Assembly: GCF_006345805.1 (NCBI RefSeq)
Contig: NC_042998.1
Location: 21,514,001 to 21,578,000, forward strand
From: Octopus sinensis
Lineage: Eukaryota
Direction: 5' to 3'
Length of the DNA stretch: 64,000 nt
This document shows positions 52,695 through 64,000 of this stretch, piece by piece (within the stretch, counting starts at the first letter, position 1; every line of letters begins with the position of its first letter). Made by a program: the position numbers and the translations under genes. Under the pieces are notes generated by a model. That model worked only from the letters and a program-made list of their open reading frames with translations. It ran no database searches and was not told the origin of the DNA.

Positions 52695-55097
52695 TATATT
52701 CTGACCGGTGAAATCTAACACTTCAGCCTGATAGCATGAACCCATAAAGCAGTAAAATTATGAGAGTATACAGATATTCCTGCACCTCTTGTAGCATTCC
52801 TTCGCTCCAATTTAATCACCCACGAAATCAACGGGTAATTTGGGTTAATATTTTTTCTTTATTGCACACAAGGGGCTAAACATAGAGAGGAAAAAGAAGG
52901 ACAGACAAAGGGATTAAGTCGATTACATCGACCCCAGTGCGAAACTGGTAGTTTATTTATCGAACCCGAAATGATAAAAGGCAAAGTCGGCCTCGGCGGA
53001 ATTTGAACTCAGACGAAATACTGCTAAGCATTTCGCCCGGCGCGCTAACGTTCCTGCCAGCTCGCCGTCTGCTATTTGGGTTAATATCGGTTGAAATATT
53101 TCTTGTTATCATGTCAAACAATGGGAAGTGGAGTTCACAACAAACAAACTGATATCATTTTGCAGACGCGAAAGTAAACCTTCAACGCAGTAAGTCTGCT
53201 AGGACGGCAGCTAAAGACTTATAGCACGAAAGAAAGAAAAATCCTTGCCAGCGGGTGTCTAGAGGACTCGAACACGCACCGCCTAGATATTGTCTACCGA
53301 CAATACCATTACGCTGGACAGCACAGTGCGGTAAATTATCGTCAAATTAAAAGCTACTTCGAATGCAATAACACTTTACAAACAAACTTTGGAAGCTCAG
53401 ATATGGCTGCTGTTCTGCAGACCAGAAAATAACGATTTTATTGTACTATCGTCTGTAGAACAATATCTAAAAGTATTTTCCGTTAATAAAATTCAATATT
53501 TTAAATAATGAATTTTATAACAAAATAGTAGTTGTTTAAAATTGTAGATACATCAAGAAATCAACTGGTATATTCTATGACGAGTGGCAGCAGCAGTAAT
53601 AATGACAACAACAATAACTACTACTACTAATACTGCTGCTGTGTTTGCTGTTGCTACTATTGCGACTACTACCACTACGTGCCAAACACTCAAGTGGAAA
53701 GGCACTAACAAGAAATGTGGGCAGATATAGACTTCATCAACCGAGACTGATCAAAAGACGTTGCCCAGGTGCAATTCTTAAATGTGACCCTCGTAGTAAA
53801 TCATTCTGCTGACTTCTGTGGAAGTGAAGAATTTGGCTTTATTCCCACTTATCTTAGAAAACGGAGAGCGAGGATAAATATATCCGGTGTGCCACCGGAA
53901 GTGGTCATCTGGTGAGTAGTAGTTTGTGAAGATCTGGCGGTAAGTGATATTCTCCTGAACGTTAGGAAATATATATTTATTTACTACTCACAAGGGGCTA
54001 AACATAGAGGGGACAAACAAGGACAGATAAACAGATTAAGTCGATTACATCGACCCCAGTGCGAAACTGGTACTTTTTTTATCGATCCCGAAAGGATGAA
54101 AGGCAAAGTCGACCTCGGCGGAATTTGAACTCAGAACGTAACGAGAGACGATATAGCGCTAAGCATTTCGCCCGGCGCGCTAACGTTTCTGCCAGCTCAT
54201 CGCCTTGTACGTTATGAAATATAGCCGAAACAATTGATTCGGAACAGGACTGGGAGATTTATTAGACGAATCTATAACAGCTGGTAAAAGGATCTTCACT
54301 TATTACAGCTCACAAACAAGGCAGACCTTCACGTCACGCCACACGCGACATGGACGAAAAAAGTTTTTCTTAAGAAAATACGTATTTAAATAATTCTTAA
54401 TGTCATCATTAGTGAAAGTGCAACCGGTCGACAAACACAATAAATGATATATTAAAAAACAACTTTGATCTCTTTACATATTTTAATACACGATTACATC
54501 AGTGTACATATATCTACCACTAAACTAGTTATAGAAATATGTGTATATATATATAAACTTAGATATGTTTCAACCAAAGATTGGTCCAGGCCATGTCTAA
54601 CTTAATACCACCACCTGATAGGATAATTCGAATCCTGTTTAAGTCAAGGTTTGTTTAAGTCAAGTTTTGTTCAAGTAGTGAGTTCTTGTTGGGTGAGTTG
54701 TATCCTATTTATATATATTGTATCCAATATATATATATATATATATAATATATATATATATAATCCCAATACCCTACCGAGAGCTAAACAGTTATCTCCC
54801 CTCCCCACATTCACAACGATAAATAATTACCACCCCTTCCTTTTCTACTTGTTGAATCATTCACTCATAAATTTCCCACACAACATGTACCAAAAAATTT
54901 CTTCTTAAGAAAATACTATCTAAATAAATCTTAATGTCATGAATCGTGAAAGCGAAACCGAAACAAGCACAATAGTTGATGTATTAAAAATTATATTAAA
55001 ACTATGTAATGTGTGAGCATTTTTCTTCTTTCATTTCATATATATATTACAATTCACCACTTGGGGATAATCAAAGCCCCTCCTTTTCTGTTACTAA

Positions 55098-55164
<67 letters not shown>

Positions 55165-57500
55165 TAGGGAGATAGATAGAGAGATAGGTAGAGAGATAGA
55201 TATTTTGTGTAGAAGACGACTTTTCTTTAAAGCTCCTCGTAGAATGACATAAACCAGCCTGCTTCTTGAATGCAATTTTTTCCCACGAGAGTTCCGGACC
55301 CCAGTAATGAATTCATTTGCATATAGCCAATCGGAGCTCACCATGACCTTGTTGTCAAGTTAACAAACACACTCCATCATTTAATCCCAAGACTAAGAAC
55401 CGGGTTGAAGTCGAACGATCTCCAGCTTATAATTAGATTGATTTGCATCCATACCTATTATCGGATTTTTTTAGAGCCCTGTAAGTTAAAGATGTGGATG
55501 TGAAAAATATGGATTGAGGGTGATGTTCTAGCAACCCTCTCCCCTCACTGATTTACAAAGTAAGCAAGAACACAAATAACTACGCAGAGTCAGCCATGGT
55601 TGAAACTAGAACAATATCAAAAATCATTATTAAAAGGGAAAAGAAGCATGGTGATTCCTTACCCAACTGACCTTATCGTATCGCCCATCACTTGTTAGGC
55701 GTCCATAAATTTGTTTGATTGCTGAGCTCTGGGTGACTGTATGAAGACGAGTTTATAACTGGGATCCGGAACTCTCGTGTGAAAAAGAAATCGCTTCCCG
55801 TACACTTGATAAGTAAATTCTATCCCGAGTGGTATTACTAGATATTCTCTACGGTGCATATGTAGGAGATATAAGGGTAAACACCAGTTTATATCATAGT
55901 TTCTTGGCGCATTTCACATTTTCACCATTAGGATTGTTTGAAACCCAACGATTAGATGGTCGACACTTATCTGCAGCTTAATATTCTCGGATCATTTGTT
56001 AGTCTTGTGCATCTAAAATACATTCTGAACACTAATTGGTGGGTTCCAAACGTGCATAACGTTGGAACACGCGTAAGAACGATGATATAAACTTGCATTT
56101 GTCCTTAGGACTTTCACTCCTATTTATACACACGCACGCGCATACAAACAGTCAAACAATTATATCTTAAATACAATATGGAGACAATGAGTTTGTACGC
56201 TAGTTTGTAAATAATATACATGCGTACGCTTAGAAAAACAAGAAAAAAAACATTTAACGTTATTTTGCTGCTCATTACTAATTTATGAGTAAAGTTTATT
56301 TCGTTCGACAAAGATAGAAACGTAGCAAGAGAGGTTGAGAGAGAGAGAGGGAGAGTGTTTAACTACTTATATGGATACTGCAATGAGTAATACACACAGT
56401 GATGCATACAAATACACATACACACACTCACATAAATACATCGTTCCGAATTTAGTCCCAGTGCATGACACCTTCGGGTCGGGTCGACCAAAGCTTTGTG
56501 AGTAAATTTGGTTGACAGAAACTGAAAGAAACCCGGCGTATGTATATATGGAGCAATCTCGAGTATAACTAGCCGAAATTGCAAAGATAATCTGGAACTT
56601 GGCTGAGGATCCATCTTTGTTTTCCTTGTAACTTCTGTCTGGATATTTTGTTGTCCCTTTTTTGTTTCACCTAATCGTATGAATGTTTTGCGTTCTCGTC
56701 CCATTTTTGTATATATATATATATATAAGAAAATTTCCGAGAGGGAAGTTTCGGAAAATTTACACATCTGACATTCAGGAAGACGGGTATCTTTTCATGA
56801 AAATTTATTCAAATCCATTTAAAATGGCATAGATTACAATTATAAAGAAATTTGTGAGGAAAATTTTTTAGGGGATTTTCCCCATTTTCTTTTAAACCAC
56901 AGCCTTCGAAATGATGGTGTTTGAGCATTTTCGGTAAAATCAAAAAAATTGTTAATATTTTCAGAGGGAAACGTCAGTGATTTAATGGTGATATGGCTGT
57001 TGTTTCTAGCACATGCTAACAAAAACTCTCCTCGTTTCTGTATCACACTCGCATGTATTGATGTTTTTCAATATTTTTTCTCCATAAATAAAAATTATAT
57101 GCTACAAAAACGAAAATTTGAGAAATTATGAAGTTTTTACAAACACACTTTCTACCTCCGATTAAAATATTGAAGAGCCTGAGAAGGTCGTTGCTGGTAT
57201 TTATCCATAATGATTTGAAAAATTTACGGAGAAGTATTCGCATGTCAAGTGACTTGATCTGAGAATGTGTGCTGAAACAAAACAATTACAACGTGGAGGA
57301 TGTTTGAAAGCCTTTCAAAAACACGAAAAAATAATTAGTTTCACTTTAACATTAAAATTTCATCTGTGTCAAAACATTTTAGTCGCTTTGAAACCGAGTC
57401 CGGTCCACTAAAAAAACTTCACAAAAGTGATACAAACAAAGTTTTTTCGGTGAACATCAATCACACACTCACACACGCATTCATTGCCTTTTATTTGCAT

Positions 57501-59790
57501 TACACCCAAACCGAACAGCACCTCTCCGCTTCTTCCGATCTAGAGCATCATTTTCCCGATCACTTTTGTTCATATCTAGTTTCTTCAGGTTTTCCTTCAC
57601 ACGGTCTTTATAACTTTTCTTCGGCTTATGTTGTGGTCGCTTACCAGAGTTGAGCTCATCATAAAAAAGATGCTTTAGCAAACGCTCGAATTTCATTCTA
57701 ATAACATGTCCAGTTCATCTCATTTTCAGCCAAGGTAACATGCTGTTCAATTGAGCTGCAACGTGCCATGCGCAAAACCTCTGTATGTGGTATGGAACAT
57801 TGCTTGACTCCTAAGATACGTCTGAGGCACTTTTGACGAAATCTCTCCTGCATTTGTATGTGATGCTTGTAAGTGATCCATGTCTCACTTGAATAAAGAA
57901 GTGCAGACAATACACACACTATATAGACACTGATTTTTTCTGCAGGGAAATGCCTCTATCCGCCCATACTCGCTTTTAGAGCTTTCCAAAATGTAACACA
58001 TCCCTTTCCCTATTCGATAGTATATCTCTGCATCAAGACGACCATCTCTTGACAGTGTACTTCTTAGGTAAACAAAGGAATCAACGACTTCTAACATTGT
58101 TCCATTCACAAAAATATTTGGTTCAGAATATGTTTGTTCTGGCACGGGAGTAAACATTACTTTGGTTTTCCCCAAATGTACATAAGCAGTGGAAAACCTC
58201 TCCATTAAATGTTGCATATCCCCCTCTGAGTGTGCCAACAAATCAGCATCATCAACATAAAGATATTTTCTAACAAGTATTTTGAAAGTATTTGCAGTTA
58301 AACCGGTTCGAATTAAAAATACGACCAGACATCTGAAATCTGATTCTGATTCCCCTGTTGCAACCCTTGAAAGTATAACAAAATAATGCAGCAAAATAAA
58401 TAGAGAAAAGTGTAGGGGCAGGAATGTCTCCCTGTTTGACACCGTTGTCCACCGAAAATTCATGAGATGGACCACCATTAAAGACTGCCCGAGCTTTCGT
58501 GTTTCTGTGTAGTTTTATAAAAATGCTCACAAAATGTGTTGGACATCCAAGTATACACAAAACAATCCACAGTGCCTTCCTGTTTGCCGTGTCAAATGCC
58601 TTAGTTAAATCTATGAAGACCTTGTATAGTGGCATTTGTTCCACTAAGCATTTCTCTTGAACCTGCCTCACAGAAAATATCATGTCCATGGTTCCTCGTT
58701 CGGGTCTGAAACCACATTGTTCTTCAGGAATCACATGCAGACACACATTCTTAACAAGATGATCTAACATGATCCTTCGAAGTATCTTCCCGGTATGTAC
58801 CAGAAGAATTGTCACTCTAGAATTACCACACACTACTTTGGGGCCCTTACCCTTGTATACAGAGATTAGAATGACTTTTAACCATTCTTGTGGGACTGAA
58901 ATCTTGTAAGTCAGCTTTCCGAGTTAATACAAAGTAACTCATATGACCTTGCTGTGATCTTGAGTGAATCCAGGTAACTTTATGTTTCATCTTATGATGA
59001 AAGAAAGTATTCCCAACAATCAGCCCTAGCTCAGAGCACATTTTCAGCAGATGCAACCCATTGTTGTTCACCTTCTCAATTCCATAACGCCCAAGTACAT
59101 TCCAAGCACTATAGCTTCTATCAACACGTGCATTAAGGTCACCAAGCACAACCAGCTTCTCATTCAAAGGGACTCACAGAATACTTCTTCTAAGCTCCTC
59201 ATAAAACACATGGATATTTTCGTCACCAGCTGAAAGTGTAAGAGCATAAATAGAGAAAACAGTTACAAAACGTCCACAAGAAAGAGGGATCTGGAGTTTC
59301 ATTATGCGTGTATTTATGCTTTGTGGTTGTTCTGGGTCCTTTAGCCAATCACTTCCAATTGCAAACCAAACATCACTTTCCCTTTTCTCTCTCTCTCTCC
59401 CCGGCTTCCCAACACAGAATAACGTGAAACCTGTCGCTCTTTCGACAAGATTATCTTCATCTGAACATCTTGTTTCCGAAAGAGCTGCAATATCAAGATT
59501 AAGACGCCTTAGCTCCTTAGTTACTAGAGCTGTTCTTCTCTCAGGTCTATCTGCTCGATCTAAAAGAGTTCTCACATTCCAACAGACCAGGTTAAGAGAA
59601 ACCTTATTCCTCGCATACTTGCAATAATTATTTTCATCAATTCTTTGTTCATTCCTGCTAAACTGATTCACTGTTAGCCACAGTAAACTTACCAGCAGAG
59701 AGAAGTCAGACAATTTTTAGTGCACCTTTTCTAGCACTTTACCAATTTATCCAGGTAAGCAGTATTCTCCTTAAAAGGGCTGCTCAGACG
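57501..59790 (-). mobile_element. RTE-clade LINE (duplicate of 35551-38065, without the nested SINE)
   Basis: Same APE/RT motifs and the same internal deletion. Confidence 0.93.
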
Positions 59791-60878
59791 CAGGATTCTC
59801 CACCAAAAACTTTTTTTGCCCATAAAAAATATTAGCGATGTTAAGATAAGAACCCTGCCGGATTATGTGCAGATTTCTACGTTTGTAACTGTATACTTCC
59901 AACTGGTCAAATCTGAAAACGTGGCATATATGAATAAATAAATACATTCGCAATTAAAACTTTAATAAAGTAAAATAAAATAAAAAGATATAAATATATA
60001 CAAATATATAAATGACATATAAATATACTAGCAGAAATACTCGGTGCTGCCCGGGTTAAGGAAAACAATGGATTTTTAAAACGCCATCTAGATTATGCAG
60101 GCCTCAGCTGCTAGTAACTGATATACCAACTTTCTACATTAACAACTCTCCAACCCATGCAAACATGGAACATAGACGTTAAGTGAAATGTTAAAAGTAA
60201 GTTTTCAACTTATATATGTATATAAAGTAAATACACGTAATTCAAGAACACATTTTGTGTAGCCTATTTCGTAAACGGAAAACAGGTACAGATTATAAAA
60301 AATGAAAGGCCGAATTTTGGTGATTCATTCGACAGAGGAAGTAGAAAGCCAATCCGATGATAAATCTAATCTTGAATCTTGAAATTGTAGTGTAATCTGC
60401 ATAATGAACTGCTGGATTATAACTGAAAGCTGCTTCATAAAAGTTACCTCTCTCAGCTGTTGCAACTGCTCTTCGTTCTGCAGTGGAGATCCTATTCCTT
60501 TTCAGCCGTTCATATCTCTGTTCATCGCTTTGAGATGCTGTGTCCTTTGTAATGGACAGTCTCTTCGTTTCTTGGTATGCTTCCTTTTATGTAGATGTCT
60601 CTCTTTCCTTGGACAGGGACATTCTTTTGGCTGACCTTGACATTTTCATTCTAGGGATGGTTATATACGTATAAAGAAATACACGGTTGCAGAAGACAGT
60701 AAACAGTGAAAATATTTGGGTAACGGAAATTATATTTCTTAATACGACGGGTAAAGCAAGAAACTTTTAAGGAAAATAAAAGATTCCACGGGTTGAAGCG
60801 AAATTTGTCATTCAACCAGGGCCAGTATCTAAGGAACTAGATAGACAGATATGGAGAGATAGACACAGATAGAGAGAT

Positions 60879-60973
<95 letters not shown>

Positions 60974-61534
60974 TTAACGTCACTGATGCTAGTATACCGG
61001 TAGTAAATATATTTTTAAAGTTTTCAAAGACGTGAATATAATTTAAAAAGTAATTTGTGTTCATCAGCAATGGATGTCAGGGTGACAATAAATTTCTGAA
61101 AGTTACTTCACAAAGATTTACCTCTGTTCTCTAAGTAACCAAGGAACAGGTGTTTTCTGCCACGGGAGGCCTATTACTTATTATGTGAAACATCTTAAGA
61201 GTCTAAATCAACCCATAGAACGTAAGTAATATATGTGCTCTCAAATTTAAAATCGTGAAATGATGTGCCGAGGAGCAAAATGAACGAATGAAAGTGTGAT
61301 CTTTGCATTTTTCATATCGATCTAATTCCGAAACGCGTCCACAGGTAATCAAATACCGAGTGAATTTCGTTGTTTTTTTCTCTCTGCCTACGTGAATTGT
61401 TTTGAGTATATGTTGTCCGGGAGTTTCTTCTTATAGTAGAAGGAATAGCTAAGTTCTTTGGCCGCTATTTCTAAAGTTCGGTATGTGGTGAAGCAAATTT
61501 TTTCCTGAACCCTAATTATAATTCTACACATAAT

Positions 61535-61585
<51 letters not shown>

Positions 61586-61659
61586 AATATACACACAGAA
61601 ACACACACACAGGCGTTCACTACATCAAACTTCATGCGATATAATAGCTGAACCTTGAA

Positions 61660-61978
61660 AATTATTTATTTATTTATGCACCCTTTTCAAGCCTAGCCAG
61701 GCTCACGGGCCCGGTTTCCCGGTTTCTATGACGTATGTGTTCCCCCCAGCTGGACGGGACGCCAGTCTATCGCAGCGTTACTTAAGAAACAGGAAGAAAG
61801 AGTGAGAGAAAGTTGGGGCGAAAGAGTACAACGGGGGTCACCCCCACACCCTGCTGGAGCCTCGTGGAGCTTTGGATGTTTTCGCTCAATAAACACACAC
61901 AATGCCCGGTCTGGGAATCAAAACCGCGATCCTCCGACCGCGAGCCCGCTGCCCTAACCACTGAGCCATTGCGCCTCC
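61660..61978 (-). mobile_element. tRNA-derived SINE family 4 inserted in the G4 proximal upstream region
   Basis: GGAGGCGCAATGGCTCAGTGGTTAGGGC...GTTTTGATTCCC head, (aaat)n tail; TSD gaacc(t/a)tgaa at 61650-61659 and 61979-61988. Confidence 0.88.
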
Positions 61979-62280
61979 GAACCATGAATATTCATAACGA
62001 AAAGGTAAGGATTGTAACTGTTGAATATACAGCTGTGTACTGCTATATGCTGCAAGGCAAGTATTTCACAAAGAAAACTGTTACACTCCATAAAGCAATT
62101 TTCAACTTTAGTGACGTAACCTGTCTCGTTGCTCATATAGTTACTACCAACACCGCCCTCAGTTTACACGGCTGAATAATAATACTACTGCGAACAAAGC
62201 GAGTAGAAACACGAATAATTTCGGATTTTAGCATTCCGGTCTTCTATCGCCAGCGGCACGAAGCAGCGGAGCTTCAAAAC

Positions 62281-62290
62281 ATGGAAGACA
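62281..62290 (+). CDS. CD225 paralog G4 coding exon 1 (ATG GAA GAC A); gene continues beyond the window
   Basis: aaaacATGG followed by gtaagt; upstream and intron-start sequence homologous to G2 and G3. Confidence 0.72.
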
Positions 62291-62631
62291 GTAAGTATAT
62301 ATTAATGAATTTTCATAAGGTTATATATTGATGAATTGTCCGAACTACATGTTAATGGATTTTCCCGAGTCTTCACTATATATCCGCTTCTATAACTCTT
62401 CACTATATCTCCGCTTCTATAATTCACGATTTGCTGATAAGGTGTTAACAAAATTCCAGTTTTCAGTTTTGTCAGTTCACGAATGTTAATTAAAGACTAG
62501 TATAAAAACGCTAGTAATATACGCTGGACTTGAACCCAACATCAAAAAATATTCTTTAGTACTGATAGAAATATTTTTAAAGCCCTATGTTTTTAGTGTG
62601 CGTATGTACATGTATCTGTATATGCCTGTAT

Positions 62632-62710
<79 letters not shown>

Positions 62711-62713
<3 letters not shown>

Positions 62714-63100
62714 GTGCAAGATTGGCTGTGGGGTAAGTAGTTTTCTTACCAAGCATATGGTACCTTGGTCAAGTGTCTTCTACTATAGCCTCGGGCCGAA
62801 TAAAGCCTTGTGAGTGGATTTGGTAGAGGGAAACTGGAAAAAGCCTGTCGTATATATATGTGTGTATATATATATATGTGTGTGTGTGTGTGGTGTGTGT
62901 GTGTGTGTTTGTGTTTGTCCCCCCAACATCGTTTGACAACCGATGCTGGTGTGTTTGCGTCCCCGTAGCTTAGTGGTTCAGCAAAAGAGACCGATAGAAT
63001 AAACACTAGGCTTACAAAGAATAAGACCTGGGGTTGATTTCCTCGACTAAAGGCGGTGCTCCAGCATGGCCACAGTCAAATTACTGAAACTAGTAAAAGA
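62711..63100 (+). mobile_element. SINE family 2 (V-domain-like), full length
   Basis: aggtgcaagattggctgtgggg head, gccttgtgagtggatttggtaga core, aaggcggtgctccagcatggcc tail. Confidence 0.9.
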
Positions 63101-63705
63101 GAGAGTGTATATGAATGTATGTGTAAGTGTGTGTATACAGGCATATATATATGAATTTTTAAAATTTTGCTATATCTCATTCTTTTAATTATATTATTTA
63201 TATTTATTTTTCCTCAATCATTTCTATTTTTACTTTATTTATTTTTCTAGTTTTATTTATTTTACTTTACCCCCAATCATATTCTAATTAACCCGTAAAC
63301 ATTCCACCCGAGCAGATAATAATACAATTTATAAACCCTAATATTTAATCTGCTGAAATGAACTGATAGATCCGTATATAACATCTCAACGTATAAATTT
63401 TTCTCTGATGAAATTATGCTCATGTCACATAAATGTAAATTTGATGTACAAATTTGTAATTAAATTATTGAGCATGAATTGAAAGAGTTGTAAGAAGCAA
63501 AGATGACCAATTTGTTAATAATAAATAAATATTAACTTCCTACTCTCCATTTTCTTTTCTTCATTTTACTGGACATAAACTATATGCTTAATATATATGT
63601 ATTGCTTTAAGGGACTTTCATTCCCCAGCACTACAACCTATTGAACCAGTATTTCCTTCGATGTAACTGCCCCTTTACGAGGTTAACATATCCTCTATTT
63701 AAATT

Positions 63706-63706
63706 T

Positions 63707-63794
<88 letters not shown>

Positions 63795-63795
63795 G

Positions 63796-63830
<35 letters not shown>
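63706..63830. repeat. (GATA)n microsatellite
   Basis: Directly visible. Confidence 0.97.
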
Positions 63831-64000
63831 GTTTCTTTATTGGCCACACAGGGCTGCACACAGATGGGACAAGTTACAAGGTAGAGCTTTTCTTTTGGGG
63901 GATGAAAAAAACAAAAAACAAAAGAAACAAAAAAAGGAGGTGGCGTAGGTTTTCGATCAAGAGGGATCGTAAAAGGGAAGAAAAGAACAAAAAAAATAAA

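Overview
AT-rich, microsatellite-dense animal genomic DNA. The SINE, PLE and RTE content points to a coleoid cephalopod, probably Octopus (inferred, not verified). The only host genes form a + strand tandem array of four CD225/dispanin (IFITM/PRRT1-like) paralogs, mostly missed by the ORF track because they are spliced. G1 shows its last two exons (4830-4940, 7444-7590). G2 is complete (18739-30265, 4 coding exons, 203 aa), G3 is complete (41568-52694, 229 aa) and G4 shows its first coding exon only (62281-62290). G2 and G3 lie in a roughly 21-23 kb tandem segmental duplication. Their C-terminal membrane segment differs at 15 codons, all amino-acid changing, and their N-terminus carries a variable 18-nt coding repeat with PPxY/YPxL motifs. 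The rest is transposon debris: a full-length but dead Tc1 element, maT, R4/Dong, RTE, Penelope-like elements, Helentron-like non-autonomous elements and four tRNA-SINE families. There are also more than a dozen hammerhead-ribozyme-like motifs. Two families have compensatory 3:8 core variants (U3:A8, A3:U8), and one of these sits in a roughly 350-nt tandem/fold-back, retrozyme-like unit. All alignments, folds and counts were done by eye; no database search was run.
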